Shown here: positions 1 through 12,918 of the stretch, piece after piece
Numbering within the stretch: the first letter of the stretch is position 1
Layout of the letters: each line of letters starts with the position of its first letter
Source of the DNA: Adineta vaga
Taxonomy: Eukaryota > Animalia > Rotifera
NCBI GenBank assembly: GCA_021613535.1
Contig: CP075493.1
Coordinates: forward strand, 6,138,001-6,202,000
Length of the DNA stretch: 64,000 nt
Direction: 5' to 3'
The notes under the pieces: model-generated
Told to the model about the DNA's origin: nothing
The model's database searches: none
What the model saw: the letters and a program-made list of their open reading frames with translations, nothing else
Made by a program: the position numbers and the translations under genes

Positions 1-1532
1 AAAACAGGTTTGTTTTACTTCTTGCATGTCTCTAAATCAATACTAATGATCGATACACTCACCTAATGTTATGAACACTAAATTTTATTTTCTGAACGTT
101 GTTGATCTTTTAAAACCAACGATTCTAATCACATATTTACTTAGTAACTCATTTCATTTGATATAAAAATCAAGAAATCATCGAAGGTGCTTTTTTTCGG
201 TTCTTCTACTAAGAGATGTCGCATTTGACATGCGTCAATATGTTCTTTTTTGATAACTTTAAATTTAGTGAATCTTCTCTTTGTTTGTCATTTCTTTTTG
301 CTTCAAATTTGTGTATTAATTTGTTTTTCTAATGAACAAAATAGACAAAACGTCGATGACATATGGAACGAGAACACCAACAATCATAAGTAGATTAAAA
401 AAAGAACCTTTTGTTATGAGAATACATAGGAAACAAATATGCTTAATATGTATCACTATGATTGATCGATATTCATTGGTTCTATGCGAATAATCATCAT
501 CGAAAGCATTTTTCGATTCAGGTTGGTTTCTAGTTTGTTTCAGAATTATTTGATTCTGATTCTTCTTCGTCATTCATTTCTTCTCTTGTTTGTTTTTTGT
601 TAAAGAAGACCATTTCGTTTATTATCAGAATCTTCTTTAACGATTTTTTCACCTAAACTTTTGATTTCCTTTAGAACTAATACTTCCACATCGCTCAATA
701 GGTACACCTGAAATAACAATAGACTTGATTCTTATATCAATCATAGCAGGAATTATTTCCATTTGTTTCCAATGAAATTCTAATAAAAAAGCGTGAAACT
801 ATCAGACAATATTATCTCCACTGTCTATACATTATTCGAAGTTCCGAAATTAGGAGCGAGAACCAGATTCTAAAATATGTTCTGACCTCATCACAACTTG
901 AGTTTTTATTGTTGATTTTAATCCTTTTCTTGATTATTAAGAGATGCTTTAATATTTATATGAAGTAGAAACATTAAGAACGTATTCTGCTCGATGTAAA
1001 TTATACTGAGTTGTGGCAGAAGATACATGGCACATTGATTTCAATCGATTATTGTTGAATTAATAATCAAGTAGTTTATTCCTATTATTAGCGTTTGTTA
1101 TGTGGCAGCAATGTCTTGTCTCTCTTGATAGAAGTACTGTGAAAATACCTACGTTTTTGATTATAAATATGGAAGGTTAGAGATGTTTTTGTAGCTCAGC
1201 TGATGAGTGAATCGTTCGATTTTTCCTCCAACTAACTCGAATTTAGTCAATGCTAGAATCCTTGGAATAATAGGGGAAAATGTAGACAAATAGAAATTTT
1301 TCAATGTCATTGATTATTCATCGTCGTTCCGTATTTCTCTGACGAGATAGAAGCGATCGATTTGTAAACATTCATATTTGAATAGTTGGTATTGTTAGAA
1401 TGTATGGGGAAAAAACGATTTTACCTAAAATTCATTGAATCTTCTTTTTGTCATTTCTCTTTATCTCAAATCATCAATCAACGGTTATAAAAAAAGAAAA
1501 AGAAAATGAAAACAACCACAAGTTTTGCATGA

Positions 1533-2489
1533 TTATGCATCTACATCAGACAGATCAATGCCAGTTGTAGCTGAATCATCCAATTCTAAATCGAGCATAT
1601 CTTCGAATAATGATTCATCAACTTCGACTGCTTCACCACCTAATTGAAATCATATATTTTAAATATTGAATAGTAATGAAAAAAGAATGATGATTTACCT
1701 TCACTAGAGATGAATTGAATATCAGAATCATATAGAGAACGATCTTTTTCGAATAATTGTCGACCAGTTAATTTTTTCGGTTCATTTTCATCTACTTTAA
1801 TGACTTTTTTCAATTCTGCTTGTTCAGCATCAAATTTCACTTTCCATTTGATGAATGTTTCTACAGATACACATGTACCTACGAATCGTTTATGTTCTGC
1901 TTCTTCTTCTTCATGTTGTTTTCTTTCGCGATCTTCACGTTCACGAGTTTGTCGATTTTCAGATTGAATACTTAATTGTTCAGAAAGATGACTAGCTAGA
2001 GTAAATATAACTGGCATGCCAAGATTTTCTTCACACTAAAATATCAATAGGTAACAATACGATTTCACAAAATTAGATGAATAGTTACAATTTTTTGAAT
2101 TTCACTCTCAAATATTGATTGATCATCAACATTGGCTGAATCAAGAATTGTTATTTCTGGTGCTTGTTCTGGATAATTGGCATGGAAATTCACTTGAAGT
2201 TGAAGAAAAGCTAAAAATAAAAGAAATTAATTGACATGAAGAAAAAAAACTAGCGACAGGAAAATCTCACGTTTTAATTCATCTTCATCATCGGTTGTTG
2301 GTTTTATTGTAAGTGTAAATTTAGGATAAGGATCCTCTGATAGTACTGTACTAATGGAAAGATAGAAATATAATTAACGAAATCAATCCATTACAAGTGA
2401 AAAGAACAAAAAACCGAACCTGTAATTTCATCGGGATAGATTGAAGTAAGTGCTTCGATTTCTTGCAATTGTTCTTCTTTGATTGACAT
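1533..2489 (-). CDS. RWDD1: RWD domain-containing protein 1 (multi-exon)
   Basis: Spliced model starts MSIKEEQLQEIEALTSIYPDE. RWD motif NYPEQAP, then LGMPVIFTL, GTCVSVETFIKWKVKF, KLTGRQLF and an acidic C-terminus VEVDESLFED. GT-AG introns of ~50-60 nt. Confidence 0.92.
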
Positions 2490-2760
2490 AGTTTTTACCA
2501 ATCTAATAATCACTCAAACTCATTCAACAATAAAAATCTATAAATTAAACTTTTTTAAAGTATTCTTTTCGCATCCAAAAGAAAAGCTCTTGATCGTTTT
2601 CCTGCATCAACTCGATCTGAACTAAATATGTGTACTAATAATATCTAGAATACAAAGAGAAAATTTTCCAGACGAAAAATGAATTAACAAAAAGAAAAAT
2701 AAACATTGAAATATTAGAACAAGAGATCATTTTTGTTAATTTAAAAAAAATCAATGAAAT

Positions 2761-3958
2761 TTATTGACTGGACGTGGACGGTTCATCTGTTTTTGTTGAT
2801 TTGTTTTTATTGTCATAGAATTCCAGACGACGTTGACGTAATTCTAAATATAAAGGCACATGTTTGATTTCCTTGTGCATATTTTTTAAACAAAATCTTT
2901 CGAATCGAGAAACAGATCTGTTATGAGACAAATGAATTTACCTTCCAAAGTTGGCTCAATTTTTGCAACAGGTTCTGTCGTAGCATCATCTTTTTTCATT
3001 TCTGATGAATCATTTTTTAAACTGGCAGCAATTGCTTCTTCAAGTAATTTCTGATTAAGTGTATCTGAACTCTCGGTACCTTGAACATCTCGTAACGATT
3101 GAGCAAGAACTTCTTGTAATGCTTTATCATCTGAATTATCTAGTTCTTCGCTTGCTTTGATTGCTCGTTGAATTTCTCGATCATCAAAAGCGGACGATGA
3201 TGATGATGAAGCCGTAGTTGTTGATGTTTTATTCTTGTCATTTCTTGTCGTAGCAGAACGTTCAACTAATGATCGATAATATGCTGGGTCGATCGTATTA
3301 TTTGAAAGTTTTTCATCGGCAAGACAAGGTGGAAAATGTCCATTTATAATAAATATTGAATAACCACTTTGTTGCAATTGTGCTAGATACAATTGTAAAT
3401 ATGTGTTGGAAACTAATTTTGGTACAGTTGAGATAGAATTTAGATCAAAATATTGTGAGCCAAATCTTCGGATTGTCAACCAATGTTCACGTAGATTACA
3501 TATATATGCTTGAACAGATTGTGGATCTGCACGAGCTTGTTGAGCGAGAGGATGTTGGCTAGCATACGGAATAAGTTCAATATCGAATACTTCCAAAGCT
3601 TTTTGTAACACTTGGATACTAAAAAATCCAGTATCTAGAAAACAAAATCAAATGATTTCTTAATACAATATTTAAAAAAAAGAACGTTATTAAACGAACC
3701 ATCCATATTCTCTGATTCACCAGTTCGATGTCCTAAAACACTTCGTTCTTGTTCATCTAGAACGCTAAAAAAGAAAGGTAGATAGATGATTTACATGAAA
3801 AACAATGAAATAAATTCTCCAACATACCGAGCAATATCAGCTAGAGATACAGCTGAGAAATATTCACGTTGTAACAAATTATTCAAAGCATGTTGAGCAC
3901 AAAGTGAACCTTCTTGCGTTTCATGATAGATACCAGTTAATTGTTCAACTTCATTCAT
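2761..3958 (-). CDS. ATXN3: Ataxin-3 / Josephin-domain deubiquitinase with UIMs (no polyQ)
   Basis: IYHETQEGSLCAQHALNNLLQ (catalytic Cys), ICNLREHWLTIRRFG (His), YFDLNS, UIM-like helices (IQRAIKAS, LEEAIAASL) and a C-terminal ELRQRRLEFY. Confidence 0.93.
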
Positions 3959-4562
3959 TTTATTTTATATAAAAATATCTAGAAAAAGTTATTGGATTAT
4001 TTTGTACATTTCGAAATATAATCAACATAGGGTCTATTACAGATCTTCGTTCATCGGATCATATATGGAATAATACTCTCATTTATCATTGTCATCAAAT
4101 AACATTCTATCTCTTAAATCAACGTGAAACTAGCAAACCCATATGAAAACAACAAATAAATCAATTGTTTGCATATATACTATTAAAGAAAAATAGAACA
4201 AATGCATAACAATGAAAATGATAAAATAATCGTTGAACTATATCAACAAGAAAGTAAACATGAGCAAAATAAAAGAGAGAGAGAGCAGTAAAGTTTCACT
4301 TTTTCAATAATATTTAAGTGGGTCTTGTTTTTCAAGAAAAAAATTAACTTTTGTGAGACGTACACAGATCAATAACAGAATGATTAAATAAGAGGAAAAA
4401 GAAGAAGAAGAATTCAAACAATATGAATAACGTTTAGATTTAGATAATATGAAAATCAAATAGAGAAAAAACCTTAGTTGTGTACCCCCGAAAAAAGAAT
4501 AAGAATAACAATTAAAGAGAACATTTTCTACGAGAATAATTAGAAAAAGAAAACGCGTTGGA

Positions 4563-5303
4563 TTAAAATGTCTCTTGATCCACTTTCGATGTATTTATTT
4601 CTTTTCCTGTAAATTATCTCCACCAAAATGAAGATGTTCATCATGAGTAGCACTTGCACTCATACTTCCACCACTAGCACCATGAAGAGGTTCATTATCA
4701 TCATCGTTGAAGTTCATTGCTGATTTCGATGGTGTAATTTTCGATTTAACAGCATTCACTGTTGAACCAAGTGTACTTTCGAAAGTTTTGAAATAGCTAG
4801 AATCTAAATAAAATCAATGATTAAAATTGTACAATACTTGATGAATACATACTTCGAAGAGAACCAAGACCGGACTTAAATGATGAATTGACTGTTTGTA
4901 TTGTTGGTGCAAGTTTTTCCGAAGCAGCACTAAATGTTTCAGCTGTTTTTTGATAAGCTGTTGTTGATTTAATATCACTAACAGTATCATTCCAATCTTG
5001 TTTCAAATCATCAACAAAACCAACACCTAATAAAGTTTTTAATTCATGTTCACGTTTTAATTTTGCACCGAGAACTTGACGTAATGTTGTAATTTCATCT
5101 TGAACTTTCATTAATTCTAAAAGAAAATACAAACTATAACTACATCGATCAAAAAAGATGATAGATTTACCTTGTTGATAATCTTCTTCTTGTTTAAGAC
5201 GATCATCTTCACGTAAAACGAATTGTTGATTATTGTTACTTGATGCTGATGCATTATCATTATCGAATGGTTTGGGCATTTTAGTTGATTGTTGTTTATC
5301 CAT
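4563..5303 (-). CDS. TPD52: Tumor protein D52-family coiled-coil protein
   Basis: ELMKVQDEITTLRQVLGAK, TTAYQKTAETFSAA and YFKTFESTLGS match the D52 family. Three coding exons. Confidence 0.85.
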
Positions 5304-6056
5304 TTTCTTTTTGTTTTTCTATAGAATTTCTATCTAGAAATTGACATTACGAAAAATCATAACAAATATTAATAATACAGGGAAAAGATCTAGTTTGTCG
5401 ATTGACTTTCTTTCGAAATAATTTGATAGTTGGCAAAGGTCATTTTCTTTTTGTTTTTCGTTTTTTTTGATGATGACGACATTTGTTTTCTACGTGGCTT
5501 CTCTTTCTTAACAAAACATGATTCTTCCATACTTACTCAACACGCGTAGAACGAATGAAAACAAAATTGAAGAACGAATTATCTGTATTTGAGTTACATG
5601 AAATACCTAGATATAAATGATTTCGATTAATATTAAATGGCAAAGATGAATATCTATCTAAAATCTGAACATTTCAATCTTTTCATTATATTGGTATAAA
5701 CTTATAATACACTACGATATACCAATACTAATTTGATTGATTTCTAAGACTTGTTTCTCGTATGAGTTGATACAATTCCGACCATGTTGATTCAAAGTTA
5801 TATCTTGAATGAAATAGAAAAAAAACATACGTATTGTAATTATAATTTGTTTCTTTTTGTTTTCTCAAATTGAAATAAAATATTAATTGTAAATAGATAA
5901 CATCCCGATCTTCGATATTTAACATAAAAAGTACAATAAACAGAAAACAAAATCGAATAGCACGAACAAATCAGAAAGAAAGAGAGAGAGAGAACGAAAC
6001 TGAGAAAGATATTTGACCACTCGTCTGAGTAAACTGTTCGAGATCGAAGAACCAGA

Positions 6057-8847
6057 TCATAGAGCATCATAATGAAACGCTTGTGCTTGAACTTTACGTT
6101 CGCGATCATCTTCTACCTACAAGAATAATTAACGTTTTTTTTAAGAAACAAAGATTTAAGCATACGAACCTTTTCACGATATTGCAATATAGCAAGTGCA
6201 CCAGCTAAGACAACTAATGATACACCTAGCGCAATTCCTGTATGTAAAATCATTCGACTTGGCGTAATAAATAGTTTACTATGCCATCTAAATATTCGAA
6301 GAAAAGATTTTTTTCAATGAGCATTATTCATTCGATTATATATATATATTACTTTTCAGGACTTGTTAATGGAGATGGAACGACGACTATTTGAGAATTA
6401 GGAATCATTTGTGTGTAAGTTCGAATAAATTTTTCCTAAAAGAATATAAGTATGAGATTTAGTATTATAGTAGACGAAGACAATAATTGTAAGACAAACC
6501 GATTCGCTCATTGGTGGAACACCAACAGTTATTTTTTCAACGAAATTGGGTGTCGAACCAAGACCAATTATAACATATGGAAGCTCAAGGGTCATTTGAC
6601 CTGCTTGTGCCATTTGAACAGCTAAAGAAAAACAATTAAATATCAATTTATGCTATTTACTCAACATCTCATATGTTTTCTAGGTAATTACCTGCTAATT
6701 TAATCCAATAATCTTTGATACCATTCATGATTGTAATTGTTTCCATTTTAACCGATTGTCCCGGTTGATTATTGCCATACGGCTATAAAAAAAGATGAAG
6801 AAGAAATGTTCATCTCATATGAATTAATTCAATGAAACTTACTAATTTCTTTTGTCGTGAACATGACTCACAGGAAAATGTACTGATAACTATATAGAAA
6901 TGAAGCAGTAGAAAAAGTAAAGTATATGTTGTTTTTTATTTACCCATCACTTTGATAAAATGTACATCTTGCACAAGAGAATTTTGAAAACCAATCAATT
7001 TGAAATTCTGATTTTTACTTCCTTGTAACACAAGTAAATCCGGATAGCCCTTTGAAAAAGAAAACGAATATTGAACTTTTTTACAGAATAATTTCATCGA
7101 TTTTTTTTACATTTTCTAAGACATCGAAAAAGACAGCCATTGTTGCATTTGTTGCAGCTAAGACAAATGACTCTTCTCCTTGTGGCGTAAATGTTTGATT
7201 ATAAGTGCATGGTGTAGTCGCATCACTTTCACATGCTCGATTTTGTAGAACAATAGGAACAGTACTTCCGGATGAACTAATGAAAAAAAAAATGATTTCA
7301 ATCGAAAAAGATATATTGCTTTATATACGTTTGTCTCATCACAGTCACGATATCTGGATAACCATCGAGATTGTAATCTGCAACTTTGATACTAATTGGT
7401 ATTTGATCGAGTGGCGGTGGAAGTTCACTTTTCAAAGGAAATCGTATACCATCACCAAATTTGATTGGTAATTGGTGCCACTAGCGAAAACCACAATATA
7501 AAAACTGCGAAAAATGAAGAATTTTTCATGTGTACTTACTGCATCATTATCTCGTACATAAATTTGACTTTTACTACAGCCTATATCCATACAAACAGGA
7601 AGAATATGTTCTAAATCTCCATCAGCATCTATGAAAAAGTTCAATTATATTCCATCAAATTAAATTTATAAATTTTCTAATCTTACCAATATCAGCAAAA
7701 GTCGATAGATGATAGATAGCAACACCTGGTGGGGGATCATATTCTTTATACAATTTGAAATTTGTGATGGGTAATTCATAGATACGAAATTTCAGTGCAT
7801 TGTTCACATCGAGTGTTAAGAATAGATCTAAACAATCATATCGAAATATGTTTTCAAGTGAAAAAGAAGTATGATGAAAACATCGTGAAAGATCTTATTA
7901 TACTCACCCGCGACTAAATCATGGTTAAGATCTACTGTTGCTTGTGTTGCACTTGGCCGAAGTCGCTCTTGAATAGGTAGCTCTTTGATCGGAAATACTG
8001 TACGACTTTTACTGAAAAAAGAACATCAACAACAATTTGTTACTTTTTTCTTCCAACGAAAAAAGCTTCAATTATTTGATCTTACAAAAATAGACAAGCT
8101 GGTTTAAATGTTGTTTGATCAGTACTAATCATTCCCAATAATTCAACATAAGAATCACCGTTTGCACTAGAATACAAAACATAACATTCGTACGAGAGAA
8201 AATATTCGAAATAAATAAACTAACTCAAGTGCTGTAGGAATATTTTCAAATAAATATTCAACCATATACAGTTCGCCTAAAAATGATTCGAACAAAATGA
8301 TGATTATTCAAAAAATTTCCTTACTTAATTTAACTCGATCACCCCATAAAATTCCTCCATTATATCCAACTTGTTCACTTTTCAGTTTATAAAGTATAAA
8401 TAAATCCAATTTACTATCACCATCAAAATCTGCTGCTAATGCATCATAAATAACACCAGTTATATTCATTTTATATATTTCTTTCGTTGTTGTCGATCGA
8501 TCATCGTTTACCATGATTCGAATTTCATCACCTAGAATTCAAACAAAATCATCTTAACAAAACTATATAGTAGTATATTTACCTTTCGTATTTCGACAGA
8601 AAACATCGACTATTTTATCAGCATTAAAATCTCCAAATGCCAATGGAATACAATTATCGATAGCATAATTTTTATTATTACCAAAATTTATATCAAAGAC
8701 ACGTTTTTCATCACCATGATTATCGGAAGATTTTTTCGTTGGCTCATTTTTCCCGCTAACAAATGTTTTGCAAACGAGAAGAATAAGGAACAAATGATGA
8801 AAACATATTGAACAAGGTAAACTACGGAATTTCTTCACATAATTCAT
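6057..8847 (-). CDS. ITFG1: T-cell immunomodulatory protein / LINKIN (FG-GAP repeats, single TM)
   Basis: Signal peptide, AFGDFNADKIVDVF and DFDGDSKLDL repeats, LELPYVIIGLGSTPNFVE, a TM helix and the C-terminal DDRERKVQAQAFHYDAL. Confidence 0.92.
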
Positions 8848-9863
8848 ATCATCTACAAAAAATGTTTTTGTTTTTCATTGGATTTATCATCGTGGAAATA
8901 TTTCCAGCGCGTTTTTCATGAAAAAAATAAGAAAAACAAAACAAAATAGAAATGATCACTGTCAATCGATTGAAAAACAAATCAAATGTGTATTTTGTCG
9001 AAAGTATAAATTATTCGGACGGAATACTCACACTATGCGTAAGCATCAATCACCCACCCTTTACTTACGTTCTTGTCTACAATATACCTGGCTGGCTCGA
9101 ACGTTTATCCAATAGAAATAAATGATGAATTGATTGAAAATTATTGATCATGATTAGTATAATGTTTATGTAAATTAGACAAATATGTATCATCCAGAAC
9201 TAGATCATCTTTTAGTCAAATGTGAATAACAAACATGTGCGACATCTATTGACGAAAAAAACATTTTACACGCAAATGAAATGCAACAGTTGGGTTTACA
9301 ATCTGTTTCTGAGAGTATTCGAAAGTTTTATTTAGGTTCTTCTTTTTAGTTGTTCTTATTATTCAGCACGATGTTGGACGAGACAAAAAGAAACTATTTT
9401 GATAGCGCAATTCAATGCTTAAATTCGATTCTATCAATACGATCGGTTTCTTATTATTTCCGAGTAGCTTCTGGCTATACACATAATACATTTGTATGAA
9501 TATTGACATAATAAATTTAACTAACACTTGTTTCAGTAAATTTCAAATTATTAATATATATCAATTACTTATTTCTTGATTGGAATCAATGTTTTTATTC
9601 TTTTCTCGTACCAGTATAATCATACCCAAACGAAACATTGTTAGAATAATCACATCCTACAAACCCAAAAGGCATGAAGAATGTGATATTTTTCAAGAGA
9701 GTACATGGAAGAGAAGAAGAAAAAAAAATAATCAAGAGAATGAATATAATACACGTAGAAACTACTTTGTATCATTTAGTTGTCGAATACATTGCCTCGC
9801 ATACATTCATTTGATAAAATTTAATCCTAATAAATCAACTATACAAAGAAAAAAGTGAATCCA

Positions 9864-10455
9864 ATGGCTAGTAATTTATCTTCGTATGGTTTAAAATCAT
9901 CTGATGAATTAATAGGTTTGTCATCTAAATTTGAAATAGAAATGATATCTTTCGAGAGATTATAGTTTTCTAATTGTATCCAAACTCGATCCTAGTAATA
10001 ATGTTAATCCTATCGGCTTGAAACTAGAACATTAGTTTTACTTTTGATATCTTCTTGTAATACGATAAACTAATAGTACCAATGTTAGATAGAAAAAGAG
10101 TACATAGAGCAAATAAGTAATAAATAATATCTTATCTGCTATTTCTGTTTCTTTGTACAAGCCTTGACGAACAAAAGCTGTATGTGTTATTGTGGTGTAC
10201 CCTCGCTTGAAACAATTTTTCTTCTATAGTATAGTATATTATCTTTTCTTCTATTAGGTTTCGAAGCAGCATCATTCTTACTTGGTGTTGGCATTGGCAG
10301 CATAGTACTCGTTGTCATTTTTGGCTTTATCTTATGTCGTATGGATATGACAGGTGATCATTGTAAGTTTTCATATAATATTATTTATTTTTGATCAATA
10401 TCTTATGAATTATATTCTAGCACATCGTTCAATTGGTATCTATGTTGAAAATTAA
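9864..10455 (+). CDS. 63-aa single-pass membrane microprotein (3 exons, not in ORF track)
   Basis: Exons 9864-9915, 10258-10362 and 10421-10455 splice in phase with GT-AG to MASNLSSYGLKSSDELIGFEAASFLLGVGIGSIVLVVIFGFILCRMDMTGDHSHRSIGIYVEN*. Confidence 0.6.
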
Positions 10456-10894
10456 ATTTCAATCTTTTTACGTAGTTTCAGTTAGTTTTCAAGTAGTTTT
10501 CTGATGTTCATTTTATTTTATTTTTCTTCTTGTCTTTGTTGCTTCTATGAATGTTATTATATAAAAAAAATATAGAAGAATGAAAACAAACAAATACAAT
10601 AAAAACATCAGTTTACCATAGGCCATTGAATTATTCTTAGATATGCATCGAGACAAAGAAAATAAGGAGTATTTTACAGAATTCATTACAATATTTTAAA
10701 AAAAAGTAGTCTACAAAACGAATGTTTGTAGAAAACTTTTTATCACACACAAAAAAATAAACATAATTATCTTCGTGCATATCTAATTACAGCTTAGACT
10801 TAATTTTCAATAAATACAATTTAGAGATTCGAAAAATGGAAAGAAAGAATAGAATAAGATCTTACACCGGAACATAACTAAAGTTCACTAAATA

Positions 10895-11146
10895 TTATCT
10901 ATACTTTCTTATATTGTGATGAACTGCATATTTCAATTTCTTATTTCGTTTTTTTGATGTTAATCGTAATTTAAATGGATCATTTTTGATAGTAATTATT
11001 GTGATTATTGGCCATTGTATAAAAATGTTTGAATGATTCGTTGTTTTCAATTTCATATCTTTCTTATATCGTTTAAATGCAACACTCTGTCGTGCGTGCA
11101 TGTCAAGAGAGGCTTTTTGACACACGCAGACGGTGTTGCACAATCT
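10895..11146 (-). other. In-frame 83-codon open tail downstream of the AMD1 stop (candidate readthrough extension)
   Basis: ORF-track ORF 10895..11143 is in the same frame as the AMD1 TGA (11149-11147), separated only by an AGA codon. Confidence 0.5.
11078..11140 (-). promoter_or_regulatory. GC-rich RNA stem-loop starting 6 nt after the AMD1 UGA stop
   Basis: Sense strand: UGCAACAC/GUGUUGCA, GUC/GAC, UGCGUG/CACGCA and UGUCAA/UUGACA give 23 Watson-Crick pairs around a 10-nt loop. Confidence 0.75.
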
Positions 11147-12734
11147 TCAGCTAGGAAGCTTTTTATAATAACTATAAATTAAATCATGATCAATCAAACA
11201 AACAATTTGATGATCGATACGTTCAAAATCCGAATAGAAAAATGATTTACGATGTAGATCAAGACTTGGTTCAGCCTAATAAATAAAAATGAAATCTAAA
11301 GAATTTGATAGAAGAAAAAATCTTTACTGTTTCACCAAAAATTGTTGTTGTAAATTTGCCCGGATTGAACATCTTGATAACTTTATGAATTAATTCATTG
11401 TATTGATTGTACGGAACATTAGTTTCAAAACTAACGTATGAAAAATCCGGTTCCGGTGTTATATGAATGGTGAAATAATGACCATCAGGTAATAGACCAT
11501 TCATTGAATAACCACATGGATCAAATAAATAATCGAAAATCTTTGCATTTGGAAAGATTTTATCAATACCAGCTTTCTATAAGAGTAATAAGATTTATCC
11601 CAATAGGGTTGAATAATTAAAAAAAAGTCATCTGTATAGTTTGCCCTAGAATATCGATCGTTTCTTCTAGTTTCATTTTTTTTCTCTACTCAATACATTC
11701 GTAATGATCTCATTAGGGATCCTTTACAATCTTCAAAAACTTACTTTTGTTGCTTCAGCTGTTGAACTAGTATTTTCTTGATAGAATATTTCCATAATTT
11801 TCGGATCTAAATCGGTCATAATTACTTCCAATGTTTGATCCGATTTTGAGCCAACGCGTGCTTTGTCAAGTATGTATAAATACCTAGACAGAAAGATAGA
11901 TAGATTGATTTACATGATGAACATAATGCTTCTTTTCTTGTATTGAAAAATAAACGGCAATAAATGTCGTTACAAAAAGAGTACAAGAATTATCATGCTC
12001 TCTCAACTATCTTTTCGTATTTATTCAGCTGTTTTGACTCACCAGCAATCGACGTTCGTGCGACCAAGAACATAAGCACTACCACCTATACAATAGAACA
12101 AGAAAAAACACTTCTAAGGTCGATTGTACTGGCATTATCTCTACCTTCAAAACAAGAATCGAGATAAGCAACCTAGAAATGATAAGTGAAAAAGTACAAG
12201 CAAATTCCAAAGTCCATTACTTCATGTTCGAAACTTGTATGTGGTGCTTTTTGTAATTCGGGTCGAAGAAATTTTCGACGACTGTAATAAAGTTGCTAGA
12301 ATATAAAGAAAATCAAATGTTAAAAAGATATTTTGTTTTTCTATTTTTTCTTACATCGACCGTATCCAATTCACAATAATCTCGAGCAAGTCTTAATAAT
12401 GGTTGGACGGCATGAAGTAATGTTGTTTCTCCACATGTTTTCAAGACCAAATGTGTAGAAAAAACAAACATACTCGATTCACTCAATACATACGTATCGG
12501 TTGTCGCTGATTGAGCATATCGAAGTACTTTACAATTGACTAAATCCAATACTTCTTCAATCAGATCTCTGAAAAATGAAATTATAGCAGTTAAAGTGGA
12601 ATAATTCGAATGTTCTACCGAGGAATATTCCGTAAATCATTTTGTGGTGTTGTCGGTTTGCCTTTATCATTGGTACTTGACGTAAACCAGATTTCCAATA
12701 ATTTCTCAGCACCTTCGAAGAAATGACCGGTCAT
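11147..12734 (-). CDS. AMD1: S-adenosylmethionine decarboxylase proenzyme
   Basis: MTGHFFEGAEKLLEIWF, pyruvoyl self-cleavage site YVLSESS, LKTCGETT, FDPCGYSMNG, TIHITPEPDFSYVSFETN. Ends YYKKLPS-TGA. Confidence 0.96.
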
Positions 12735-12906
12735 TCGAACTCGTATAATTCACGAATAAAGACGACAAAATAGAGTATACTCTTTTTTCTATAAATATAT
12801 ATGATTGTATTGTTGCGTTTATATATATATATGTGTGTAGAGATAGATATCTACAATGTCAACATTACATTTTTTTTCTCTCTTTTCTCCTTTTTCTTTG
12901 CGCTCG

Positions 12907-12918
12907 CTAAGTCGCCAT
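12907..12918 (-). promoter_or_regulatory. Tiny uORF (ATG GCG ACT TAG, Met-Ala-Thr) in the probable AMD1 5' leader
   Basis: About 170 nt upstream of the main ATG, ahead of a probable 5'UTR intron (~12869-12789). AdoMetDC mRNAs are known to carry regulatory uORFs. Confidence 0.5.

Noticed and set aside
1-800. Short minus-strand ORFs including 316..573
   Set aside because: I could not build a consistent spliced model or recognise a domain. It may be a degenerate gene or belong to a gene outside the window.
11078-11140. AMD1 hairpin as a SECIS element
   Set aside because: It lacks the AUGA/GA kink-turn quartet. The UGA is at the normal AdoMetDC C-terminus.
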